A stretch of 64,000 nucleotides of DNA from an uncultured Methanolobus sp. Its GTDB lineage: Archaea; Halobacteriota; Methanosarcinia; Methanosarcinales; Methanosarcinaceae. The translations under genes were made by a program, and so were the position numbers. The stretch is taken from the NCBI GenBank assembly GCA_963675495.1, contig OY776215.1:2304001-2368000 (forward strand), given 5' to 3'. Below, piece after piece: positions 41,139 through 50,623 of this stretch. The first letter of the stretch is position 1. Every line of letters starts with the position of its first letter. A model generated the notes under the pieces. The model made no database searches and was not told the DNA's origin. It worked only from the letters and a program-made list of their open reading frames with translations.

Positions 41139-42640
41139 GACTCGCACCTGAAATTAAATCAAAGATAGATCTTCTCTGGGATAGGTTCTGGAGTGGTGGT
41201 CTGTCAAATCCTTTACAGTCCATAGAGCAGATGTCTTACATCATATTCATGAAAAGGCTTGAGGATATGGATGTTATGGAGCAGAGGCGTGCTAATTCTA
41301 TGGGGAAGGAGTATAAGTCCATCTTTGAAGGCAACGAAGAGTGCAGGTGGTCTGTATGGAAGCACAAGTCCGCTGAGGATATGCTAAAGCATGTAAGGGA
41401 TGTTGTTTTTCCTTTCATAAAGAATATTCATGACGGAGAGAAGACACTATTCTCACAGCACATGAAAGATGCTGTATTCATGATCCCAAAGCCTACGCTT
41501 TTGCAGGAAGCTGTGAGCATCATCGATGAACTCAATATAGCTGCTCAATCAACAGATGTACAGGGAGATCTTTACGAATACCTGTTAAGCCAGCTAGCTA
41601 CAGCAGGCAAGAACGGACAATTCAGAACTCCAAGGCACATAATCAGAATGATGGTGGAGCTTGTTGATCCCGATATCAATGACAGGATTTGTGATCCTGC
41701 ATGTGGTACAGGTGGTTTCCTGTTCACAGCTCACAAACATATTCTCAGAAAATACACCTCTCCTGATTTGATCGAGCAGGATAAAGAAGGTGACTATCAC
41801 AATCTGATAGGCGACAATATCACAGAACAAGAACACTGGGATAAACTTCATAATGACACATTCTATGGCTTTGACTTTGACTCAACAATGGTGAGGATCG
41901 GACTCATGAACATGGTGCTTCATGGTATCAAATATCCTCATATTGAGCTTGTAGATACCCTTTCAACTCTTTACACTGAAGAAGACCGCTATAATGTGAT
42001 CCTCGCAAATCCTCCATTCAAGGGCAGTATAGACAAAGACGATATCAACGATAAATTGAAGCTTGGAACTAAAAAGACCGAGTTGTTATTTGTTGAGAAC
42101 ATAATCCGCCTGCTTGAGATTGGTGGGAAATGTGGTGTCATTGTTCCTGATGGCGTACTCTTTGGAAGTTCCAACGCACACAAGAACCTGCGTAAGATGC
42201 TGCTTGAGGATTGCCAGCTTGAAGGTATTGTTTCCATGCCATCAGGTGTATTCAAGCCCTATGCAGGAGTGTCAACTGCTGTTATGATATTCACCAAGGG
42301 AGGAAACACGGAAAATGTCTGGTTCTACGACATGGAAGCAGACGGTTACTCTCTGGATGACAAGAGAACTCCAATTGATATGCGGGGCGATATCCCTGAC
42401 ATAATCGAGAGTTATAAGAACAGGAAAACAGGGAATCCTCAAGACCGGAAGGGTAAATGCTTCTATGTTCCATTTGATGAGATTAAAGATAATAACTATG
42501 ATCTTTCAATTTCTCGATATAAGGAAATCGAATATGAAGAGATTGAGTATGAGAAGCCAGAAGTCATTATTCAGAAGATTGATGAATTAGAGGATCAGAT
42601 TAAGGCTAATGTGGCTGAACTGAAAGAGATGTTGAAGTAG
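41135..42640 (+). CDS. hsdM: Type I R-M N6-adenine methyltransferase
   Basis: GQFRTPRHI, DPACGTGGFL, ANPPF. Confidence 0.95.
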   Translation: MRLAPEIKSKIDLLWDRFWSGGLSNPLQSIEQMSYIIFMKRLEDMDVMEQRRANSMGKEYKSIFEGNEECRWSVWKHKSAEDMLKHVRDVVFPFIKNIHDGEKTLFSQHMKDAVFMIPKPTLLQEAVSIIDELNIAAQSTDVQGDLYEYLLSQLATAGKNGQFRTPRHIIRMMVELVDPDINDRICDPACGTGGFLFTAHKHILRKYTSPDLIEQDKEGDYHNLIGDNITEQEHWDKLHNDTFYGFDFDSTMVRIGLMNMVLHGIKYPHIELVDTLSTLYTEEDRYNVILANPPFKGSIDKDDINDKLKLGTKKTELLFVENIIRLLEIGGKCGVIVPDGVLFGSSNAHKNLRKMLLEDCQLEGIVSMPSGVFKPYAGVSTAVMIFTKGGNTENVWFYDMEADGYSLDDKRTPIDMRGDIPDIIESYKNRKTGNPQDRKGKCFYVPFDEIKDNNYDLSISRYKEIEYEEIEYEKPEVIIQKIDELEDQIKANVAELKEMLK

Positions 42641-42795
42641 GATGTATAATTCTGCTTTTTAATTTCAATACTTTTCTTTTGAGTTATTTTTTCTTTATTC
42701 TCATCTCAATAACAATGATATAAAAATATATCAAAAAGCATTATCATTAGCACATTAATCACTCCAAACACTCATAAAAGGAGTAAAGTAATAAG

Positions 42796-43134
42796 TATCC
42801 TTAGGATAGGGACTTTTTGGCGGTGCCGTCCTCGTTCCCTTCGCATTACTGCGGGCGGAGCACCGCCTTGCATTGGTATTTGACGCACTGTCGTCCTGTG
42901 CTCCGGTAGGTGCTCGGACCACAGCGCTCTAATAAAGGCTGGTGCACCGATGCTCACAAGCTCACATCCGTGCATGGTTGATGTTTTCAAAAAAGCGATG
43001 CTGTTTTAGTAGTACGTTCAAACGCCACTGAGGCTTAATGATGCGTTGGAAACGCAGGATGTAGTTGACGCTCATGCGCCACTTAGGCTGTTCTTGGGAT
43101 ACCCTCCGGGACGGGTGTGAGTAGGAGGAGCATC
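42796..43134 (+). other. GC-rich structured non-coding block (candidate single-strand origin or ncRNA)
   Basis: Several hairpins plus long-range pairing of 42949-42971 with 43111-43134, set in AT-rich surroundings. Confidence 0.5.
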
Positions 43135-43159
43135 ATGTAAAAAGAGTATAAATTTTTTA

Positions 43160-45856
43160 TTAGACGAGACCTAACATAGATCCTAATCCAACAATTTTTG
43201 CAATTTTATGTGTCCATTCCCAACTGCTTACTTTTTCAATATTATCCCCTACCTCTACTGCAGTATCAAATGCATTCTTGAATTTAGTAGCAATTCTGGA
43301 AACGTTTGGTTGATCTTTTTCAGATTCTTCAATTGCTGTGTTGATATTACCATTTACAACGCTTAATTCATTATCAGGGAGACCTAATTTAGCAATTTCA
43401 TTTTTAAATATCATTAGGTTTTCATGGAGTTCTTTTCTATCATTTATTGATATATTGGTACTTTTATCAATTGTAATAGAACTATTTTCCCCACTGATAA
43501 TAGCATTTCCTCCAATGTTATATTGATTTACAGGTTGATATGGATGATTTCCCGCCGTTTTTCTTTCTCTTTCATTTTCAACCCCATGTAGTAATTGTTT
43601 TACACTATAGTTCTTATTTAATTGCCACACAAAGTATTCATCTTTGCTAGCTTTTTCGAAAGCAACCAACTCTTTATAGTCAATAGTGATTATGGGATTG
43701 TCTGGTAACGGTACTAACTCTTTGACAGGCATATTCTCAAAACCCGCATTAATTTCTCTAAAAGATTTCCGTATAATCGAAAGATATTCTTTCTTTGATT
43801 CTCCGTCAACATAGATGTATATTTTTTTGTCTTCCTTGTCCACTTTTATGATAGACATAGAATTAATTGATTTATCTTCTAGTACTACTCCATTTCTCCA
43901 TTGGAGTCCTTTTTTAATGTCAGTATGATTTCTCACAATAAATCTTGGCATTATGGAATTAGGTAAAAAATTGTATTCAATAATAAATTTCAATGAGTTT
44001 GGATTATCTAATTTGAAATCAGGTTGTTGGATTTCCAATAGGTCAGGAATGAGTATGGTATTTTTATTAATAAAGTAACACAACTCAAATTTTTCCATTA
44101 GATCAATGATAAATTTATGTGTATTGCGTGGATATTGGTAATCAATTTCGTTTTTTTTCTTTAGAATTTCAGTTAATAACTTAGTTTTTAACATCCCTTT
44201 CTTGTTTTGTAACTTATCAGATGTTATGATTTTGTAAACTGCTTCTGTGACCCACTTTGGATTCAATACGTGAGTGTCCAGTAAATTGTCGTCAGAAAAG
44301 TGTAATACAACTCCTAAGTCGTTAAGAAAATCAACAAGTGTTTCTTGTGATTCTTCTTTTGTAATTCCTTCAGATTCACATATTTCTTCATACTTTTCAA
44401 ATTTTATGTAGTGATCCGTTGATTTCTCTAATTGTGTTTTTACTTTGAACCAACTTTTTGGCCAAACCGTTTTGAGATGGTCAATGCTTGTTAGTTGCTC
44501 AACCAAGTTTTCTTTGAAATCCTCGATACCTTTTCCGCTTTTACAAGATAATCGATAAAATCCTTTTATTGATGGATATTTTTCTTGTAAGAATTTTCTG
44601 TCTACTTCAAACATCGGGTTTTCATCTACTTTATTAAGAACAATTAATACAGGGGAATTTCCGCCAAAGCTTTGAACGTGTTTAAGCCAGTATTCCGTTT
44701 TTTCTTCTTTCCTTCCGTCTAAAACTAAAATATAAAGACTTCTTTTTGACAAAAAGAATTGATGGGTTGCATGCATTATTTCTTGGCCGCCAAAATCCCA
44801 AAAATTGACTTTTATTTCTTTTTTTCTCTCCTTTATGTCCCACTCATTAATTTTTATACCATGTGTTTGTAATTCATGTGGGTCAAATTCATTTTTGATG
44901 AGCCTTTTTGACAAAGAAGTTTTACCTGAGCCTCCATCCCCAATTAACAACACTTTTACTTCATTCAGCGCTTGTGTTTCTCCTTCCAGCGATTTAAAAT
45001 ATTCTTTGACTGCTTCTTTACCCTTTTTTATGATATCTATTGGAGGGGTTTCAATAGGGTTGCCTCTTACAAAAATTCCATAAGGTGTATATTCGTCGTC
45101 CAATAGTATTTCTAAATTTAGTTCTGTAATCGCTGGTGGTAGGGCTGTTAGCTGATTACCGGTCAGGTCAAGTGTAGTAAGGTTCTTTAGTTCTGCAATC
45201 GCCGGAGGCAGTGATGTGAACCAGTTACGGAACAGGTTAAGTTCAGTAAGGTTCCTTAGTTTCGTGATATTCGGCGGCAGGGCTGTGAGCCGGTTCTTGG
45301 ACAGGTAAAGTCTAGTAAGGTTCTTTAGTTCTGCGATCTCCGGTGGTAGTGATGTTAGCTGGTTGCTGGCTAGGTCAAGTGTAGTAAGGTTCTTTAGTTT
45401 TATGATTTCCGGTGGCAGTGATGTGACCCAGTTATGGAACAGGGTGAGTTCAGTAAGGTTCTTTAGTTCTGCGATCTCCGGTGGCAGTGATGTTAGCTGG
45501 TTGCTGGCCAAGTTAAGTTTAGTAATGTTCTTTAGTTTTATGATTTCAGACGGCAGTGATATGAACCAGTTATCGTCCAGGTTAAGTTCAGTAAGGTTCT
45601 TTAGTTCTGCAATCTCAGGTGGCAGGGCTGCAAGCCGGTTATCGGACAGGTTAAGTTTAGTAATGTTCTTTAGTTCTGCAATCTCAGGTGACAGGGCTGT
45701 GAGCCGGTTACTGGCCAGGTTAAGTTCAGTAAGGTTCTTTAGTTTTGCAATCTCCGGCGGCAGTGATGTTAGCTGGTTATCGGACAGGTCAAGTGAAAAG
45801 TTATTATTTCTAGCGGCTTCTTTGATAAGTTGCAAAACAGTTTCTTTCATACCCAC
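43160..45856 (-). CDS. Roco protein (LRR-Roc GTPase-COR plus C-terminal helical domain)
   Basis: 10 LRRs; Roc motifs GDGGSGKTS, THG, WDFGGQ, NKVD; COR motifs LNDLGVVLHF, LNPKWVT, WRNGV. Confidence 0.93.
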   Translation of the reverse strand: MGMKETVLQLIKEAARNNNFSLDLSDNQLTSLPPEIAKLKNLTELNLASNRLTALSPEIAELKNITKLNLSDNRLAALPPEIAELKNLTELNLDDNWFISLPSEIIKLKNITKLNLASNQLTSLPPEIAELKNLTELTLFHNWVTSLPPEIIKLKNLTTLDLASNQLTSLPPEIAELKNLTRLYLSKNRLTALPPNITKLRNLTELNLFRNWFTSLPPAIAELKNLTTLDLTGNQLTALPPAITELNLEILLDDEYTPYGIFVRGNPIETPPIDIIKKGKEAVKEYFKSLEGETQALNEVKVLLIGDGGSGKTSLSKRLIKNEFDPHELQTHGIKINEWDIKERKKEIKVNFWDFGGQEIMHATHQFFLSKRSLYILVLDGRKEEKTEYWLKHVQSFGGNSPVLIVLNKVDENPMFEVDRKFLQEKYPSIKGFYRLSCKSGKGIEDFKENLVEQLTSIDHLKTVWPKSWFKVKTQLEKSTDHYIKFEKYEEICESEGITKEESQETLVDFLNDLGVVLHFSDDNLLDTHVLNPKWVTEAVYKIITSDKLQNKKGMLKTKLLTEILKKKNEIDYQYPRNTHKFIIDLMEKFELCYFINKNTILIPDLLEIQQPDFKLDNPNSLKFIIEYNFLPNSIMPRFIVRNHTDIKKGLQWRNGVVLEDKSINSMSIIKVDKEDKKIYIYVDGESKKEYLSIIRKSFREINAGFENMPVKELVPLPDNPIITIDYKELVAFEKASKDEYFVWQLNKNYSVKQLLHGVENERERKTAGNHPYQPVNQYNIGGNAIISGENSSITIDKSTNISINDRKELHENLMIFKNEIAKLGLPDNELSVVNGNINTAIEESEKDQPNVSRIATKFKNAFDTAVEVGDNIEKVSSWEWTHKIAKIVGLGSMLGLV
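45113..45799 (-). repeat. Ten 69-bp (23-aa) LRR-coding tandem repeats
   Basis: Recurrent GTAAGGTTCTTTAGTT...GGCAGTGATGT units on the + strand. Confidence 0.9.
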
Positions 45857-46166
45857 ACGCCTATTTTCTTAATTTATATGATTGGGATTTAGCGACTCAA
45901 ATATCGAATAATTATAATTTATAATGTGACTAAACCTTCAAAGTCATTTCTATTTAAGCTTTTCATTTTTGTAGGGTTATGCCACTTTTAAGAACCACAT
46001 TTTGATTATTTGTATGGTTTTAAAATGAAGTATGGAGAGTAATAGTTACATTTCCTTAAACAAAAAAAGAGTGGAAGTCAGAACAGCAGTTGCTTCCTAG
46101 AACACTTTTGTTAGAAGTGGTTAAAATGTCGATGTATTCACAATTGAATTAGCCACCTCCTGAAAC

Positions 46167-48056
46167 TTACTTTGTTATGGGTAAATTCTCCCTTAGTTTC
46201 ACATAACCATTCATAATATCCTCTAAATTACCCCCGTGTTTTATCCTGTATCTTCCTCTTTTCATTCTCTCGAAGTCATTGGATTTGCTTACATTCTTAT
46301 CAAAGAATCTGTTACTCCATGGGTGGAAGAACTTTCGGGTCACAAATCCCTTTGTTCGAAGTTCGTTTACCAGATTGTTAAAGAAGGAAACATCCTTGAA
46401 AGATTCGTGCAGGTCTGTATATTTTAGGTATGCAACAAGATAATGCTTTTTATCTTCATCGTTTGGGTAGGAGCTCTTTTTTGTAAATTGGTGATAGCCA
46501 TGCTGGTATTTTTCTTTATCAAAGCCTGATGTCCTTCTGGTGAAATGGAAAAGAAGTTTTGCATACAGGTAGCGTTTCATCTGCTCAGGATCGGTGAAGA
46601 ACTGGGTGTGAATGGGTTTACGGCCTGTTCCAATATCGGCAAAGAGCTTTAGTTCCTTTCCCAGGACAATTTCATTTCTCAGGTTCTTCTTTGTCTTTTT
46701 GTACATTTTGTGTGAGAACCTTGCAGTATTGGGTTCTATGTCTGACATGTATTTTGTGACAAGCAGAGGGGTGGTGTCGTGCAGGCTGGAATCCATAATA
46801 CCACAGCAATGGTAGTTGTCCATCACTTCTTTTAGGTATTCAAGTGGGTCTAGTGGAAGTGCTGTGTTCCAGCAGATCTCTATCTGGCTGATGTTAAATT
46901 CCATAGGTGCTTTCCTGATCTCGTCCTGCTCAAAGCCTTCTCGTTCAAGCATTTTGCGGTATGCTTTTTTGGCTTTGTGTTTCAGTTCTTGGAAGGCTTG
47001 CTGTTCGTATTTATGATACTCTTTTTCATACCCTATTGGAATGAAGTTGTTCTCGTCCAGCAGTTCATTATTGAATGCTTCCTCTACTTCTGGAATGTCT
47101 TCCTTCATCTTTTTGTAGACTATCCTTTGCATATTCGCATAGATAAAAAGTGATACAGGAGCACCTTTTGGAGGATTGTTTCTAAAACGATAGGTTATTC
47201 CCTCCGTTTCCCATAGGTAGGAATCTTTGTAGGACTTGGGTATTGATGTCAGGCTATAGTCTGGAAGTATAGAACGATGTTTCATGAAATCATATTCTTC
47301 ATCCAGATTAGTAGGCAAAAATTGTTCAACATAATCTTCTATGTCTTCAATATCGTAGCCTTTATTGGATAGTTCTTGTTTATGGCGCATCAAACGCTCA
47401 ACAAGGACTTCCTTTTGGAACCTGGGGGCTGTAGTTTTTATGACCTTCTTAACGTCGCCTTTGAAAGTGAGGTAATCCTTGGAGTAAACCTGTAGGCTTA
47501 TCCTGTCGACCATCAATGTGGGGTATTCGATATGTTCTGAGTCCTGTTTGTAAAAGTCGTCCATCAGAAGAGTATCCCATTCAAGGTATTGATCTCTGAC
47601 AAACTCCCTTTTAAAGTTTGAGAATTTTGAATTTTCGTTCTTTAAGAATCTGTCAATCCGTATTCTATAACCATTTTCCCTATAGTAATCACATATCTTA
47701 TCGTTGAACTCACTTAATCTGTCAATGGATCCAGGATTGGAGTAATAGTGGTCAATGCTTTCTTTTTCAGTGAGTCCAAGATGCCTTCTTACGAGTTCAC
47801 AGAAAGGAGTAGGTCCATCTTTAAGGATATAGTCAAATAAACAGATGTCTTCTTGAAAGCGGTCAAAAAGGTCAATGTCATATTTGCTCTGTTTGTAATC
47901 TTTGATTGCTGATTCAATTGACCTCCAGAAAGAGGTTGGTAGTTCATAAGACTTAACATCAGCAATTGGGATCTTACTTTCATCTCTAAAAAGCTCATCA
48001 ATAATCTTTTTGTTTGCCTTCTTGTCAACTGTGAAGTTGGATGATGTGTTCATCAT
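46167..48056 (-). CDS. Putative replication initiator (weak Rep_trans/CRI-like motifs)
   Basis: MVDRISL, ISQIEICWN, KMYKK...LRNEI in the order expected for Rep_trans-type proteins; sits in the element backbone. Confidence 0.5.
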   Translation of the reverse strand: MMNTSSNFTVDKKANKKIIDELFRDESKIPIADVKSYELPTSFWRSIESAIKDYKQSKYDIDLFDRFQEDICLFDYILKDGPTPFCELVRRHLGLTEKESIDHYYSNPGSIDRLSEFNDKICDYYRENGYRIRIDRFLKNENSKFSNFKREFVRDQYLEWDTLLMDDFYKQDSEHIEYPTLMVDRISLQVYSKDYLTFKGDVKKVIKTTAPRFQKEVLVERLMRHKQELSNKGYDIEDIEDYVEQFLPTNLDEEYDFMKHRSILPDYSLTSIPKSYKDSYLWETEGITYRFRNNPPKGAPVSLFIYANMQRIVYKKMKEDIPEVEEAFNNELLDENNFIPIGYEKEYHKYEQQAFQELKHKAKKAYRKMLEREGFEQDEIRKAPMEFNISQIEICWNTALPLDPLEYLKEVMDNYHCCGIMDSSLHDTTPLLVTKYMSDIEPNTARFSHKMYKKTKKNLRNEIVLGKELKLFADIGTGRKPIHTQFFTDPEQMKRYLYAKLLFHFTRRTSGFDKEKYQHGYHQFTKKSSYPNDEDKKHYLVAYLKYTDLHESFKDVSFFNNLVNELRTKGFVTRKFFHPWSNRFFDKNVSKSNDFERMKRGRYRIKHGGNLEDIMNGYVKLRENLPITK

Positions 48057-48250
48057 ACCAACCCCCTTGATCTTTTGAGTTCCTCAAGGGTGATTTTTCC
48101 ACATCTAACAGGTTCCAGAAGTTCATCCAATTTTTCATTTGCCAGCTCATCTATCCTGAACATCATTTGGAAGGACTGTGGCATATGTTCAATGATCTGT
48201 TCGTCTACTTTTTCAAGAGAAGGTTTAATACCTGATACATTACTATTCAT
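48053..48250 (-). CDS. Small protein translationally coupled to the putative Rep
   Basis: ATGA overlap with the downstream gene; GAGGTG RBS ahead of ATG 48250. Confidence 0.6.
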   Translation of the reverse strand: MNSNVSGIKPSLEKVDEQIIEHMPQSFQMMFRIDELANEKLDELLEPVRCGKITLEELKRSRGLV

Positions 48251-48433
48251 AAATGTACACCTCAAGGTGTGCGCTTATGCATCGGTTCAAGATCTTGCAG
48301 GATTTGTCGGACCGGTGCACATTCTGCTTTTTTGTTTAATTGTCTGTACTGTTTACTCGTTGTTGAGTTTCAGAGGGAATTGTTCCTCAGATACAAGAAT
48401 GGAGTACTGTTATAAATAGTGTCATAAGTGGTA

Positions 48434-48488
48434 GGCAATCGGTAACAAATCCCTACTAGTGGGCAATGGAAATCAAATCCCTACTAGT
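48434..48488. repeat. Two 27-bp direct repeats between divergent backbone genes (operator/iteron candidate)
   Basis: GGCAATcggtaaCAAATCCCTACTAGT and GGCAATggaaatCAAATCCCTACTAGT, 28-bp period. Confidence 0.75.
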
Positions 48489-48526
48489 TAGATGTCTTCA
48501 AATAGTTTGTATTAAAATCATCTAAT

Positions 48527-49450
48527 GTGATTAATATGGATTCAGATTATACCTCAGATGACTATGCTAAAGAATGTCTCCTTAATAGAACAGATGAAAA
48601 GATCATCATGTATCTCATTAGCAATAACAATGAGCCATCATATGCTGCAGAAATTGCGCGTGAGTTTGAAGCTGATAAGTCATGGTTAAAAGACAAATGT
48701 GAAAAGTTGAAAGATCAGGGTATTTTGTTATCAAAAGACAAATGTCCTAATCGATCTAGATATACGGAGCACTACTACTTGGGTGATATCGTAGATGTTT
48801 TAAATTATTTATATGAGCATCAATCTGAAAACACCCTGCTTGATCATGTCATGACAAAGGAATATTACAGGGGACAAATTGATCACTTGATATCCAATTT
48901 TGAAAATAAACGGGTATCTTCAGGCTACAAGGCCTTTTCAGCAAATGAAAAAGAAGCGATACAACTATGCCTTAAATATTCCAGCAAGGCTCTATATGTT
49001 GTACTGGGAATCTATGATTGTGAGAAACTTTCTGGATATCTTGCTTATGAATACAAAACTTTGGCCAACCACATAAAGGAAGGTCGGTTTATATCGGTGT
49101 CCGCAATAGCTGCCGCCATAGTCAAAACAAAGATAGTTGACGAGGATAAAAAAGTTCAACTATTGGATGAAATTCATGATACCGCTTTAAATTCTTTGAG
49201 TTCAAGAGTTGAGCATTTTGGGAATTTACTTGATAAAAGTAAAGTACCTATCTTGTTTGAACAATTCTTGTTGGATAATCCCTTGATAGAGTTTTTAACA
49301 GCAGAAGAAGACCGTGAACAGCTTAGATTGGATATTAAAAGAGTTAATTTCTTAGTTAGTGACATCATAGATCCATCACTAAATCCTATTTTAGCGAAAG
49401 ATGAAAAAGATAGGTATGCACATTTACCTTCCCTTAATCTGAAACGCTAA
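48527..49450 (+). CDS. N-terminal winged-HTH regulator
   Basis: EKIIMYL...AAEIAREFEADKSWL...KLKDQGIL...YYL. Confidence 0.7.
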   Translation: MINMDSDYTSDDYAKECLLNRTDEKIIMYLISNNNEPSYAAEIAREFEADKSWLKDKCEKLKDQGILLSKDKCPNRSRYTEHYYLGDIVDVLNYLYEHQSENTLLDHVMTKEYYRGQIDHLISNFENKRVSSGYKAFSANEKEAIQLCLKYSSKALYVVLGIYDCEKLSGYLAYEYKTLANHIKEGRFISVSAIAAAIVKTKIVDEDKKVQLLDEIHDTALNSLSSRVEHFGNLLDKSKVPILFEQFLLDNPLIEFLTAEEDREQLRLDIKRVNFLVSDIIDPSLNPILAKDEKDRYAHLPSLNLKR

Positions 49451-50573
49451 TCTTCTTCAATACTTCATTTATCCGAGCTTCCACCAATTCATCAACCTTT
49501 GATTGCATAAGTTGGGTGAGCTTCTCATCCGTCGTCTTTATTTCAGTATCCATCTTAATTGCAGTTTCCATGTCAAGGACCATTGAACAACTACTACAAT
49601 ACTTGGAGTCATGTGGGTTGAGGCTTTTACAACGTGGACATTCGATTGGTTTGAGTTCAAGTTTCTCTTTTTTGACCTCATCCTCTATAATGCCGTAAGA
49701 GGCCAGTAATTTCTTTTCAACATCCTCTCCTGATAGGTGGATGTATGTAGCGGGCATCTTGGAATCAGCTTCCCAGCCTGCAATGATCCTCAGTTCTGTT
49801 TCCTTGAAACCACGCTTGACAAGGTCGGTGAGCTTCCCATGCCTAAATGCATGTGGGTGTATGTTCTTCTTGACTCCTGCATCATTTGCTACTGTCTTTA
49901 GCATGTTCTGAACTGTACGGATATCAAGTTTTTTTGGTTCTTTTCCGTTATTTCTGAATGTGACAAATAAAGGAGCATTGGGGTCATCTTTGTTAGGGTG
50001 CTGATTGATCCATGCTTGAAGGTCAGGAACTGCTTCAATGAGTCTTATTCTTCTCATTCCTGTCTTACCTTCTACAACTATCACAGCTCCATATTTGTCT
50101 ATCTCTACATGTCCTAGGTTCAGGTTGAGTATTTCGTTAGCTCTTGCGGCACTATCCCAGAAGGTCATGACAATAGCTCTATCACGTTGAGTCTTGCAGG
50201 CGGGTACTAGTTTCTTCACATCCGCCGGCACAATTATTTCCTTAGTGGGCAAGTGGTTCTTAGGACTGCGGGTCTTGATATCTTCGAAAAAAGCATTATC
50301 TGGATTTAACCACTTGAAGAAAAGCCTCAGGTCAACTATGTCGTTGTGGACTGTTTTTGGCTTATTGTTTTTTCTTCTATGCAGAATATAGCTTTCTATA
50401 TCTTTTTTTGTGATTTTATTAATGTTTTTGTTATTGTGGTATTTTAGGAAGGTGTAAACTTTCCATAGTTTTGTGTTGATAGTTGTTTCTTTGAAGTTGT
50501 TGAGACCAAGGCTCCTGGCATAGTCATCCAGTATCTCTTTGTTCTCTCCTTCAGTTTTGGGTGCATATTTCAT
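49434..50573 (-). CDS. int: Tyrosine integrase with C-terminal zinc ribbon
   Basis: RDRAI...DSAARANE, GKTG, HPHAFRH, GW...MPATYIH, CPRC...CSSC. Confidence 0.95.
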   Translation of the reverse strand: MKYAPKTEGENKEILDDYARSLGLNNFKETTINTKLWKVYTFLKYHNNKNINKITKKDIESYILHRRKNNKPKTVHNDIVDLRLFFKWLNPDNAFFEDIKTRSPKNHLPTKEIIVPADVKKLVPACKTQRDRAIVMTFWDSAARANEILNLNLGHVEIDKYGAVIVVEGKTGMRRIRLIEAVPDLQAWINQHPNKDDPNAPLFVTFRNNGKEPKKLDIRTVQNMLKTVANDAGVKKNIHPHAFRHGKLTDLVKRGFKETELRIIAGWEADSKMPATYIHLSGEDVEKKLLASYGIIEDEVKKEKLELKPIECPRCKSLNPHDSKYCSSCSMVLDMETAIKMDTEIKTTDEKLTQLMQSKVDELVEARINEVLKKISVSD

Positions 50574-50623
50574 ACTATGTAGTATGCTTTATACAGTTAT
50601 AAATATTACGTGACCCTGTAAGT

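Noticed and set aside
42796-43134. Retron msr-msd or DGR template; also the 72-aa ORF 42772-42990
   Set aside because: No reverse transcriptase is present in the element, and the ORF has no recognisable motif or RBS.
45113-45799. Regular ~69-bp repeats resembling a CRISPR array
   Set aside because: They are in-frame LRR codons with no unique spacers, and there are no cas genes in the window.
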